Source: a virus (Duplodnaviria; Caudoviricetes). From it: DNA of 64,000 nucleotides. The stretch is taken from the IMG/VR virus record IMGVR_UViG_3300028832_000131, positions 10,105 through 74,104 of that record; one strand, written 5' to 3'. The notes under the pieces were generated by a model, which saw only the letters and a program-made list of their open reading frames with translations, was not told the origin of the DNA and ran no database searches. Made by a program: the position numbers and the translations under genes. Each line of letters starts with the position of its first letter. Position 1 is the stretch's first letter. This document shows, one piece after another, positions 8,926 to 17,270 of the stretch.

Positions 8926-9100
8926 GTCATATATAGTAGCATTTACAATATTTCCAAAGTATTATGGAAGTTTTAAAACAAAATTTGAAGTATTTAGTGA
9001 TTATAAAATGGCATATAATTTTTATAAAAATTTAATGACAGAAGATAAATGCTTTTATAAACAAGTATTTAAGGAAGAATTAAGAGGTAAAGATAAATGA
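8912..9100 (+). CDS. Hypothetical protein
   Basis: 62 aa, ends LRGKDK with the junction motif. Confidence 0.55.
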   Translation: MMKNRSYIVAFTIFPKYYGSFKTKFEVFSDYKMAYNFYKNLMTEDKCFYKQVFKEELRGKDK

Positions 9101-9186
9101 TAGGAATAATAGTATTAAGTTTTATAATTGGTGCAAGTATAGGTTTTTTTCTTGCTTGTTGTTTAAAAGTGGGGAAGGATGATTAA
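9097..9186 (+). CDS. 29-aa single-TM peptide (DUF3789-like)
   Basis: MIGIIVLSFIIGASIGFFLACCLKVGKDD; overlaps both neighbours; homologue at 55387. Confidence 0.55.
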   Translation: MIGIIVLSFIIGASIGFFLACCLKVGKDD

Positions 9187-9800
9187 TGGATAATATTCTA
9201 TTAACTATAATAGTTCCTGTATACAATTATCCTGAAGTAGATAAAGCACTAGATAGCATACCCCAAAGGAGTGATATTGAAATATTAATTGTTGATGATG
9301 GCTCAACTGATGAGACACCAAACGTAATTAATAAGTGGATATTTAGTCATTTATTTCAAAATGTTAGAGTAATAAGACATGGTTGGAATATGGGTTTGGG
9401 TGCTGCTAAAAATACGGGATTCGATAATGCTAAAGGTATGTATGTTACACAATTAGATAGCGATGATTATTTATACACTAACAAATACAACAAAGTAATT
9501 AATCAACTTGACGGAAAAGATATAGTTTATATTGATATGCAAGTTAATGATGGCTTAGTATTTGCTATAGACGAAAGTAGTAGAAGAGGTTTTTGTTCTG
9601 GCTGTGCTAGGTTGATTAGAAGAGATTTTTTAGGAGACATAAGGTGTCCTGAAATACAAGCAGGGGAAGATTGGTATTTAAGTGAAGAGTTACTAAAGAA
9701 AAAACCAACCGAAAAGTTTACAAGAGTAGTAGCATATCACTATAATTATCCTCGAGAGGGTAGTTTGTATGATAAATTAGTAAAAGGAGAAATAAAATGA
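9186..9800 (+). CDS. GT2-family glycosyltransferase
   Basis: IIVPVYN, LIVDDGSTD, NMGLGAAKNTG, LDSDD motifs. Confidence 0.92.
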   Translation: MDNILLTIIVPVYNYPEVDKALDSIPQRSDIEILIVDDGSTDETPNVINKWIFSHLFQNVRVIRHGWNMGLGAAKNTGFDNAKGMYVTQLDSDDYLYTNKYNKVINQLDGKDIVYIDMQVNDGLVFAIDESSRRGFCSGCARLIRRDFLGDIRCPEIQAGEDWYLSEELLKKKPTEKFTRVVAYHYNYPREGSLYDKLVKGEIK

Positions 9801-9985
9801 AAAGTTTAGTTAATACCAAGAAAGTATTTATGTATGACACAAACGGGAACTTGTTAAAAGTGTTCCCCACTTCATTTGAATGTGCCGATTTCTTTGACAA
9901 GCCCCCACAATACATTTATTACAATATCAAATACTTTAAGAAGATACGAAAAGACGGAAAATGGTATGTAATAAAACGTAATTAA
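9797..9985 (+). CDS. Stand-alone NUMOD1-like DNA-binding mini-protein
   Basis: KVFMYDTNGNLLKVFPTSFECADF pattern; homologue at 56084. Confidence 0.6.
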   Translation: MKSLVNTKKVFMYDTNGNLLKVFPTSFECADFFDKPPQYIYYNIKYFKKIRKDGKWYVIKRN

Positions 9986-10001
9986 TAATTTAAGGAGCAA
10001 A

Positions 10002-10334
10002 ATGGAGGATTGTATAAAATATATGGATAATTTTGAAATGGAAATTATTGCATTAGAGGGGTTAATGAAAAGAACGGACGATATTAAGATGCAACAACTC
10101 CTAGAAATAGAGGTAAGCAATAAAAAAACACTACTGTCAAAGTACCGTAGTGTCCTAAGTAATATATCATCAAATGATATATGCTGTCGTCTATTTGCGA
10201 AGATACTGGGAGGTCTCCCCCCCACTAAAGCAGTAGAAGACGTTGCAAAAGAGAATTATTATAGAGATATTAAGCCAAATAGTTTATCGGCTATATGGAG
10301 ATATTATTCAAAAATCAAAGATTTATTGGAATGA
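10002..10334 (+). CDS. Putative late-transcription activator (RinA/ArpU-like by position)
   Basis: 110 aa with C-terminal helical DNA-binding-like segment, directly upstream of the conserved late promoter and terS; homologue at 56295. Confidence 0.4.
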   Translation: MEDCIKYMDNFEMEIIALEGLMKRTDDIKMQQLLEIEVSNKKTLLSKYRSVLSNISSNDICCRLFAKILGGLPPTKAVEDVAKENYYRDIKPNSLSAIWRYYSKIKDLLE

Positions 10335-10335
10335 T

Positions 10336-10366
10336 AGTGAAATGAGAGTAGATTATAGGGTATATT
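10336..10366 (+). promoter_or_regulatory. Putative late promoter
   Basis: AGTGAAATGAGAGTA followed by TATATT; 15-nt core identical at 21132 and near-identical at 56629. Confidence 0.55.
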
Positions 10367-10437
10367 TATGGTGTCATAGAGGGTAGCACACCCCCTTTCC
10401 CTCTATGATGCTCCTATATAATGAAAAGGAAGGTATA

Positions 10438-10656
10438 ATGAGTTATATAAGCAAAATAGATACAAAGTTTATTACGTTTATTAATAGAAAGTATGGGACT
10501 ACTTTCATTTATTTTGATGATTATATTTTGTGGCTTTATAAAGCAAAAAATAACAACAAAGATAACTATTATAGCCAATTAGAAAAAGATTTATGGGAGT
10601 ATTCGGATTTTCAGACGGGTAGTCCCCGTTTAAATGGAAGAACAACAAAGAGGTGA
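10438..10656 (+). CDS. Conserved hypothetical protein before terS
   Basis: Strong similarity to 56721-56942. Confidence 0.7.
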   Translation: MSYISKIDTKFITFINRKYGTTFIYFDDYILWLYKAKNNNKDNYYSQLEKDLWEYSDFQTGSPRLNGRTTKR

Positions 10657-11334
10657 GTGTGCGTGAAAAAGTTTTCTCAAGAAAGTATAAATAAGAGGGT
10701 AGCAGCCACCCTAGAAAACAGTGATAAAAAAGAAATGGCTAAGCAAAAAATGATTCAAGAAATCAAAGAGGAATCAAAGGGGATGCTACTCCCCAACTTA
10801 AAAGAAAAAATGGAAAAAACTACGGAGTTAATTCTTAGTTTATTAAAAGAAAAAGATATTAGTAATATACAAATCATGTCATATATTGCGAAGGGAAGTT
10901 TACTTGAAAATGCTTTGGGTAGGAGTGTAGGGTACACCCCCCAAGAATTAAGCATTGGATTCGACTTATACCTAGATATGATTAATAAGATAAATGAAAT
11001 TAAGCCCTTTCCCCCCACAGTAGAAAGTTTTGCTAACTTTATGGGGATAAGTAGGGATACTTATAACAATTATCTAGTGGATGCGGATAGGAAAGATATT
11101 ATGAGTTATATACACTCATATTTATTAGGAGTCCTAGCCACCTCCTCCCTAACAGGTGAAACAAAGGAAATATCTAGTATCTATTTACAAAAATCAATGG
11201 GCAAAGTAGAGCAAGTTCAACCGATTGTGGTAGAGCATAAAAAGATAGCCAACTTAGAAGATATTAATAAGCGACTTGCCGACCTATCAAAAGATAATAT
11301 TATTAATGCGGAATATGAAGAAAAAGAGGATTAA
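10657..11334 (+). CDS. terS: Terminase small subunit (gp3 DNA-packaging family-like)
   Basis: YTPQELSIGFDLYLD...PPTVESFANFMGISRDTYNNY matches the gp3-type TerS pattern; no other terS candidate near terL. Confidence 0.68.
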   Translation: MCVKKFSQESINKRVAATLENSDKKEMAKQKMIQEIKEESKGMLLPNLKEKMEKTTELILSLLKEKDISNIQIMSYIAKGSLLENALGRSVGYTPQELSIGFDLYLDMINKINEIKPFPPTVESFANFMGISRDTYNNYLVDADRKDIMSYIHSYLLGVLATSSLTGETKEISSIYLQKSMGKVEQVQPIVVEHKKIANLEDINKRLADLSKDNIINAEYEEKED

Positions 11335-11355
11335 ATAAATCCTCTATTTTTTTTT
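11325..11355 (+). terminator. Intrinsic terminator after terS
   Basis: AGAGGATT...AATCCTCT plus T9; conserved at ~57607-57636. Confidence 0.75.
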
Positions 11356-11396
11356 AGCAAACTCACACAAAGCACACCATAAAGCAAGTATTACTA

Positions 11397-12065
11397 TTAA
11401 TACAAATCCCAATCTAAATCCTCCTGTAACTTTGCTAGAATCTCTTTATAATCTTTAGTTCCATATCTAGCATAACATAATTTTATTTTTCTCTCGAACG
11501 ATACTAATGGAACATTTAATATCGAACAAGCCGCTCTCATACCTGTATTAGTATCTACCATATATTGTAATACCTTAATAAAGTTTTCACGAGTAGACCT
11601 ATCGGAATATGCTCTACCTAGTTTCTTCCCACTTTCACGTACCGCTCTTAATCCTTCTTTAGTTCTTTCACTTATAATGTCTCGTTCAAATTGTCCTAGT
11701 ACCGAGAAAATACCTAGTAATAAACTTGTGGTAGAGTTTGGTTGTTCCCCAGCCCTTAACTCGAATCCTTCTTTAAAAATAATTACGTTAATTTTTCTTT
11801 TTTGTACTAAATCAGTTATTAATTCTAATGTTCTAATAACTCCACCACGAGAAAGACGAGATAAACTTTCTACTATTAAGGTATCACCCTCCACCATAGT
11901 AGCCATAAGTTCATCAAATACAGGACGATTGATTTTTGTTCCTGTAAACTTTTCTTCCACGTAAGTACAATTATTATTATTTATATAGCCTCTATCCTTA
12001 AATATTTGTATTTGTCTATTAAACTCTTGTGAATCTCTTGAAACTCTTATATAACAATAAATCAT
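11397..12065 (-). CDS. Small serine recombinase (resolvase/invertase)
   Basis: YIRVS catalytic motif, EEKFTG, GDTLIVESLSRLSR, ERDIISERTKEGL, C-terminal HTH; no large-integrase domains. Confidence 0.93.
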   Translation of the reverse strand: MIYCYIRVSRDSQEFNRQIQIFKDRGYINNNNCTYVEEKFTGTKINRPVFDELMATMVEGDTLIVESLSRLSRGGVIRTLELITDLVQKRKINVIIFKEGFELRAGEQPNSTTSLLLGIFSVLGQFERDIISERTKEGLRAVRESGKKLGRAYSDRSTRENFIKVLQYMVDTNTGMRAACSILNVPLVSFERKIKLCYARYGTKDYKEILAKLQEDLDWDLY

Positions 12066-12088
12066 AAATCACCTCATAAATCGGTCAT

Positions 12089-12117
12089 ATTATACCATAT
12101 TTCCTTTCTTTTTTCAA
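12089..12117 (-). promoter_or_regulatory. SigA promoter of the resolvase
   Basis: TTGAAA-17-TATAAT with TG extension; near-identical at 58373-58401. Confidence 0.8.
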
Positions 12118-12119
12118 CA

Positions 12120-12350
12120 TTAATCTTCTTCTTTGAATAAATCTTTTCTTGTGGTTTTAGAGGATTCGTGTACGACAAAGTATTCAATATCAGTCATATC
12201 TCTATCCGCTATTAAATCTAGTGTTCTAACATTTCCCTGTCTATCTTCTACCTCTAAAACATTTTGTAGTGGGAATAAAATCCCGTTGTGTGTGTTTTCA
12301 ATTTGCACATTATTTACTTTTGTAATTCTAATTATATCTTTATCACTCAT
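12120..12350 (-). CDS. Conserved hypothetical protein
   Basis: Homologue at 58405-58638. Confidence 0.7.
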   Translation of the reverse strand: MSDKDIIRITKVNNVQIENTHNGILFPLQNVLEVEDRQGNVRTLDLIADRDMTDIEYFVVHESSKTTRKDLFKEED

Positions 12351-12427
12351 TTTAAAAACCTCTCTATTATAATATTATATCATCATTTTAAATGGAAGGG
12401 AAGGGAATAGACCCCACCCCCCACTTT

Positions 12428-12961
12428 TTAATATGTACGCACAGGTAAAACTAACCCTAATTCTTTATCTTCGTTTTCAAAGTATAATGGTTGTAATTCG
12501 CCTTGATAGTAGATTTTACTATCTTTACCAATAATATCTAACATATTCTTTAAAAACTTTGCTTGATATTGACTACCGCCAAGTTTATATAAAGCCATTT
12601 CACGACCTTTATGATTCTTAATAAACTCCTTTAAATCATCATAATCAATAGTTAATTCGTTATTTCTATCAAAGTTTCCATTAAAATAATTCATTATTAC
12701 ACTAGGATACTTTGCATAAATGATAGAGCCTACCCCGTGTTCATCATGATATTTTTTAATATCTATACCATATTGTTTAATTTCATCATTAGTAATAACT
12801 AATGGTAAGGGAATATTTTCTTCTTTAATCATAATAGCATGGTAGGAGTCCGTTACGCATTTATACTCCCCAAAAATCCCATATCCCGTTAATACAGGAT
12901 TCGTATGAGTCTTTTTGCTTGCTACTCGTTTAATAGCATTTAATCTAGTTTTCTTATTCAT
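12428..12961 (-). CDS. Truncated DnaN (beta sliding clamp)-like protein
   Basis: PVLTGY...VTDSYHA and C-terminal Y.AKFLKNMLD...LVLPVR echo DnaN domain II and III motifs; homologue at 60070. Confidence 0.6.
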   Translation of the reverse strand: MNKKTRLNAIKRVASKKTHTNPVLTGYGIFGEYKCVTDSYHAIMIKEENIPLPLVITNDEIKQYGIDIKKYHDEHGVGSIIYAKYPSVIMNYFNGNFDRNNELTIDYDDLKEFIKNHKGREMALYKLGGSQYQAKFLKNMLDIIGKDSKIYYQGELQPLYFENEDKELGLVLPVRTY

Positions 12962-13388
12962 TATTTTTCAACTCCTTTACAATCTTATTAATTGTTTTTT
13001 TATCTAAAATAATCTCGTTATCCCAATGTTTAATAATATAATCTAAATTACCAATTATTTTGTTTGATTGTTCTAATAACATATTTACTACAAATGCCTC
13101 CGCACTTTCAAATGGATTCAAATTGCAACCTGTCATGTTTACAAAGTTTTCATATAAATCCCCAAAGTCATCCCAATATTTATGTATAAGTTCGATACTC
13201 CAATAAGTAGAGTAGGTAAATGAGCCGTCTACATTTTCCCCCTCAAATAACTTGTATCCTAAATCACAAGCATATATTTTTTGGTCTTTATATTGCTCTA
13301 ATCTATCTATAATTAAATCCTTAACTAAGTCTTCCCATGATTCATAGGTATCCATTAATTCTTCTACCCAATGTTTATTATTATCCAT
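12954..13388 (-). CDS. Hypothetical acidic early protein
   Basis: 144-aa ORF in the leftward array. Confidence 0.7.
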   Translation of the reverse strand: MDNNKHWVEELMDTYESWEDLVKDLIIDRLEQYKDQKIYACDLGYKLFEGENVDGSFTYSTYWSIELIHKYWDDFGDLYENFVNMTGCNLNPFESAEAFVVNMLLEQSNKIIGNLDYIIKHWDNEIILDKKTINKIVKELKNNE

Positions 13389-13573
13389 TATTTTTCCTCC
13401 TTTAATTCCTTTAATTTTTCTTCTAAATCAACAAAGTGCATAGTATATAGCCCCCCGTCTTTTGTCTCAAAACCGAACTTATACTCGTTAGCAAAAATAA
13501 ACTCATATCCCATTTTTTTGCAATATGCTCTTGCAACTCTTGTTAATTCTTCTTTACTTGCATATTTACTCAT
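13388..13573 (-). CDS. Hypothetical early protein
   Basis: 61 aa, coupled to neighbours. Confidence 0.65.
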   Translation of the reverse strand: MSKYASKEELTRVARAYCKKMGYEFIFANEYKFGFETKDGGLYTMHFVDLEEKLKELKEEK

Positions 13574-13718
13574 TATCTAATCCCTCATATTCTTGTTTAA
13601 TCTCGTCTAGTAATTCATATAAACTTTCAATACTACCCCCGTAGGATATATCGTATTTTACTTTATTGTCCTCTATAAATTGTATTAAATAATCATGTAA
13701 ATTAAAATTACCTGTCAT
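13566..13718 (-). CDS. 50-aa acidic protein (below track cutoff)
   Basis: MTGNFNLHDYLIQFIEDNKVKYDISYGGSIESLYELLDEIKQEYEGLDNE; fills the gap between two ORFs. Confidence 0.6.
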   Translation of the reverse strand: MTGNFNLHDYLIQFIEDNKVKYDISYGGSIESLYELLDEIKQEYEGLDNE

Positions 13719-13948
13719 TAAAACTCCTCCTTTAATAATTCATATTTCCCTGTAATAATATCTTCTATAATGTACTCTTCATTGTTGAAAAATCCAACCC
13801 AATCTTTTACAATTATTTGATAATCAAAATCCGTCATGTTTATAGTTAATAAATCACTCGTTTTATTTTCTATGTCATATTGAAAATCAAAGCCTTTATT
13901 ATCTTTCCATATAACGAAATCTTCAGTTTCATAAATCTTTTCTAACAT
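13718..13948 (-). CDS. Hypothetical acidic early protein
   Basis: 76 aa, RBS GGGGGTGGT. Confidence 0.65.
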   Translation of the reverse strand: MLEKIYETEDFVIWKDNKGFDFQYDIENKTSDLLTINMTDFDYQIIVKDWVGFFNNEEYIIEDIITGKYELLKEEF

Positions 13949-13963
13949 AGTACCACCCCCCCA

Positions 13964-14215
13964 TTAAAATGGTATTTCATCTTCTTTTAATTCGCTATTT
14001 AATAAATCTAATAAATCTAAATCTTCATATAATCTATAGCAATATACCTGTATAATATCAATTAAATCGTTTTTTAATTCTTCATCACATTTATCTAATA
14101 TTTTTGATAATTGCTCAACTCTTTCACTATCTTCTTCAATACTATTATCCCATATACCATTAATCTCATAACTAATGTCATTATATACATTTTTTAATAT
14201 GTCTATTTTTTTCAT
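13964..14215 (-). CDS. Hypothetical acidic early protein
   Basis: 83 aa, ends EDEIPF (SSB-tail-like). Confidence 0.65.
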   Translation of the reverse strand: MKKIDILKNVYNDISYEINGIWDNSIEEDSERVEQLSKILDKCDEELKNDLIDIIQVYCYRLYEDLDLLDLLNSELKEDEIPF

Positions 14216-14448
14216 TATTTTTCCTCCTCGTGTTTTTTATTACAAATTACACTATTCAACTCGTTTTCATATTCTCTTAACGTTTTAAATAATAATTTTC
14301 TAAACTCACGATTATATATAAAATCAATGTTGTTTTCCATAATCATAATTGCAATATATTCTTGTTCTAATAAATCAAGAGATAAACTCTCTGCAACCTC
14401 TTTTAATAATGCTTTCTCTTCATCAGTAAAAATAATTTTTTTATCCAT
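14215..14448 (-). CDS. Hypothetical early protein
   Basis: 77 aa, RBS upstream. Confidence 0.65.
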   Translation of the reverse strand: MDKKIIFTDEEKALLKEVAESLSLDLLEQEYIAIMIMENNIDFIYNREFRKLLFKTLREYENELNSVICNKKHEEEK

Positions 14449-14465
14449 ATATACCTACCCCCCCT

Positions 14466-15125
14466 TTAACACACATTATCCTCGTGCAAAGTTTCCACAG
14501 ATTCAAAATCCATATCTTCAAAATACATATCTAGCCACTCTTTATCTTCATCATCATGGATATTATATGGATAACAATATTCTCTAGTTAATATATATTT
14601 ACTAGATTCGTTTACCCTGTCTACCCATTTTTGAATATCGTTTTTAATACCATCTAGCCAATTTTTGTATTTTTTTGTTTCCATGATTCTTGTCATTTTA
14701 TCCGCATCAACATAATAATCATCAACAATTATGTCAAAGTCTTCTATATATCTTCTAATAGTAAAGTCAACACTATCAACCCATAGGTTTTCCCCATAGA
14801 TATTAATGCCTTCATCATTAATCTTAAATCCTTTAATGGAGTCTATCCACCCCCCCTGACTATTGCTATCTAGGTAGACCTCATCAAAGGAAATGTTTTT
14901 AAACTCGTATCTTAAATTGTCTAACTCCATTTTATACTCCTCGTATAAATCGTCTTGGTATCTCATGTAAATATCTTCTTTATGTCTATCAATTTCTTCT
15001 TCTTTTTCTTCATCAGTTAACTCGTCCCAACTCTTTATAGTATGGAGTGTTTCACGGATAGATTCTTGCTCGTGTCCGTCTTCTTCATATATTTTAGTAA
15101 TGTCTACTTGTCTATATTTTTTCAT
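14466..15125 (-). CDS. Highly acidic conserved early protein
   Basis: 219 aa, D/E-rich; homologue at 61900-62556. Confidence 0.75.
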   Translation of the reverse strand: MKKYRQVDITKIYEEDGHEQESIRETLHTIKSWDELTDEEKEEEIDRHKEDIYMRYQDDLYEEYKMELDNLRYEFKNISFDEVYLDSNSQGGWIDSIKGFKINDEGINIYGENLWVDSVDFTIRRYIEDFDIIVDDYYVDADKMTRIMETKKYKNWLDGIKNDIQKWVDRVNESSKYILTREYCYPYNIHDDEDKEWLDMYFEDMDFESVETLHEDNVC

Positions 15126-15367
15126 TATTTTACCTCCCTCATATCGTCTTTAGTCCAACATATAACTTTAAAAAATAATCCTTCATAATTGACACATAAC
15201 ATATCATCATCATTATATTTTTTTATTGCATCAAGTATTAGAAAGCAAGTATCACATACATAATCATCCCCACACTTTTTAAACTCTTTTAAAGTCTTTT
15301 TGGTGTCCTTAATAATGTCTTTTTTGCTCCCCAATAAACAAGTATCATTGTCGTATATTTTTCCCAT
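15125..15367 (-). CDS. Hypothetical early protein
   Basis: 80 aa, AGGAGGT RBS. Confidence 0.65.
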   Translation of the reverse strand: MGKIYDNDTCLLGSKKDIIKDTKKTLKEFKKCGDDYVCDTCFLILDAIKKYNDDDMLCVNYEGLFFKVICWTKDDMREVK

Positions 15368-15460
15368 TATTCTATTACCTCCTTAATTGAATGGAGTAGG
15401 GGGAGTCCCCCCTCTAACTCCTGTATATTTTTCATAATGCTATTGTGCATTGTATCGTAT

Positions 15461-15688
15461 TTATTCATTTATACCACTTATAATTAAATCTTTTAAATAG
15501 TCTATAAACTCTTTTAAATCTTCATCAGTTTCAAAATCCTCAAAATCATTGTCTTGATAGTCGCATATATCCCCACATACACTATCGTACTCGGTTATAC
15601 TATCCCATTGCTCGTTTCTATCTCTAACAACACACAATAAATCCTGTAAATAGTCTATTTCATCAATATATTTTTCTCGTAAACTCAT
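15461..15688 (-). CDS. Very acidic 75-aa protein
   Basis: 24 D/E versus 6 K/R. Confidence 0.7.
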   Translation of the reverse strand: MSLREKYIDEIDYLQDLLCVVRDRNEQWDSITEYDSVCGDICDYQDNDFEDFETDEDLKEFIDYLKDLIISGINE

Positions 15689-15689
15689 A

Positions 15690-15878
15690 TTAATCCACCT
15701 TCTTTATATCTAAATCCAACTCGTCATTAATAGCCTCTAGTATTTCATCATCATCAATGTTATATGTTTTTAGTAAATTAATTAAATTATCACACATAAT
15801 CATTAAATCATCCATGTCAACCTCCATGGTGTAGTTAGCATTGTCAAGACAAGCCATGTATCCTGTAGTTTTATACAT
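15690..15878 (-). CDS. Acidic 62-aa protein
   Basis: ORF tiling the array. Confidence 0.65.
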   Translation of the reverse strand: MYKTTGYMACLDNANYTMEVDMDDLMIMCDNLINLLKTYNIDDDEILEAINDELDLDIKKVD

Positions 15879-15880
15879 AA

Positions 15881-16126
15881 TTAATCCTCCTCGTCATAAT
15901 TGTGTTTTCTATCCCATATCTCTTTTACCTGTTTATTATCAATAAAAGAGTAGCAACTTAATGAATAAATCTCGTTAAGTTTATCCAATATATCACAAGC
16001 CTCGTCAACACTCTCAAAAAAGTCTTTATAATCCTCGTCATCACGGGGGATAGCCCCGTCATCCGCATAATTTATCATACTAGATAAAGAATCTATAATT
16101 TTACCTAACATATCTTTACTTATCAT
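15881..16126 (-). CDS. Acidic 81-aa protein
   Basis: ORF tiling the array; AGGAGGT RBS. Confidence 0.65.
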   Translation of the reverse strand: MISKDMLGKIIDSLSSMINYADDGAIPRDDEDYKDFFESVDEACDILDKLNEIYSLSCYSFIDNKQVKEIWDRKHNYDEED

Positions 16127-16419
16127 TATTTAACCTCCTTAATCAAAGAGCCTTCTTTAAATAACTTGTCAATTTCATCCCACGTTAATCCACATTGTCT
16201 AAAAAACTCTTTTTGGTGTCTTGTGGTCGTTTGTGAATATTTACCAAAATAATTGTAAGTAATTACTCCTGTCCCGTAAACTTGTGTCTTTTTACCGACA
16301 AGTGTCCCGTAAGAATATAATCTATAATCCACCACATTGTTGTTAGAAACAACCTCTACTCGTGCTTTACCATAAAAGTTTTGTCTTGAATCATAAATAC
16401 ATGATAAATCAAATGTCAT
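16126..16419 (-). CDS. Conserved early protein
   Basis: Homologue at 61435-61734 (YDSR.SFYGKA.V, LYSYGTLV, YSQTTTRHQKEF). Confidence 0.75.
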   Translation of the reverse strand: MTFDLSCIYDSRQNFYGKARVEVVSNNNVVDYRLYSYGTLVGKKTQVYGTGVITYNYFGKYSQTTTRHQKEFFRQCGLTWDEIDKLFKEGSLIKEVK

Positions 16420-16432
16420 ATTATTCTACCTC

Positions 16433-16750
16433 CTAAATAATCCCGTTTTCTCTATACTCCTGTAAAAGTCCGTATCTCTTGCCTATAGTCTCAAAAAATG
16501 TATTAATTTCAACTAACTCCCCATAACTCCATGATAAACTTGAAAAGTTATATTGATAGTCTTTTGCCAACTCAATAGCATTGTCTTTTTTTTCTTTATA
16601 AGTATCCCCACTAACAGATAATTTTAAAAGCATTAAATCTTTAGTAAAGGGGGAAAAAGTATCATTGTGAAAAGCCTCCCACCCGTATTTATTGTTATAA
16701 TAGATAGAAAACTCCTCTATATCATCAATAGTATACTTTACTAAAAACAT
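16433..16750 (-). CDS. Hypothetical early protein
   Basis: 105-aa ORF. Confidence 0.65.
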   Translation of the reverse strand: MFLVKYTIDDIEEFSIYYNNKYGWEAFHNDTFSPFTKDLMLLKLSVSGDTYKEKKDNAIELAKDYQYNFSSLSWSYGELVEINTFFETIGKRYGLLQEYRENGII

Positions 16751-16751
16751 A

Positions 16752-17048
16752 TTATTTTACCCCCTTTTCTCTATCAACTAAATACTTGTGTTTAAATACA
16801 AGTGAATCAGTCGCTCCAATACCACCTCTAACACTCATAATATAGTCGTGTCTTATTAAAGCAATAATATTACCGCTATCCACTAAATTATGCTCGTCAT
16901 AAATAATGGTATACTCGTAATCATTTTGCTCGTTAAACTTTATTATTTTTCTAATGCCTTCATCACTTAATTGTAGTCCTGTATTAATTACTTTTTCTAC
17001 TCTTGTAAATCCTAAATCCTTAATATCATCAATAGTTATTTTTTCCAT
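16752..17048 (-). CDS. Hypothetical early protein
   Basis: 98 aa, AGGAGGT RBS. Confidence 0.65.
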   Translation of the reverse strand: MEKITIDDIKDLGFTRVEKVINTGLQLSDEGIRKIIKFNEQNDYEYTIIYDEHNLVDSGNIIALIRHDYIMSVRGGIGATDSLVFKHKYLVDREKGVK

Positions 17049-17057
17049 AAATACCTC

Positions 17058-17261
17058 CTAAAATCTACTTGCGGTGTAAAACTCTTTAGTATCCTCGTCA
17101 TAATATACTCTTATAGCACAACCGCTCCAATACCCTTGTGTATTTAAACAAGCCTGTAATTGATTCATTAAATAATCCTCGTCATCCATGAATATAAACT
17201 CGTTATAATCATCCATAATCTTTAAAAAATCGTCTAACATTTTTTTATTTACTTTTACCAT
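17058..17261 (-). CDS. Conserved early protein
   Basis: Homologue at 62830-63030 (CLN.QGYWSGC.IRVYY). Confidence 0.75.
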   Translation of the reverse strand: MVKVNKKMLDDFLKIMDDYNEFIFMDDEDYLMNQLQACLNTQGYWSGCAIRVYYDEDTKEFYTASRF

Positions 17262-17270
17262 AATAGCCTC

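Noticed and set aside
7851-9800. DNA methyltransferase explaining the GATC/AGCT pattern
   Set aside because: No MTase motifs (FxGxG with DPPY/NPPY/PC) were seen in any ORF, so site loss is better explained by avoidance.
11397-12065. Serine integrase
   Set aside because: Only ~222 aa (catalytic domain plus HTH), without the recombinase and zinc-ribbon domains of large serine integrases. No att core seen.
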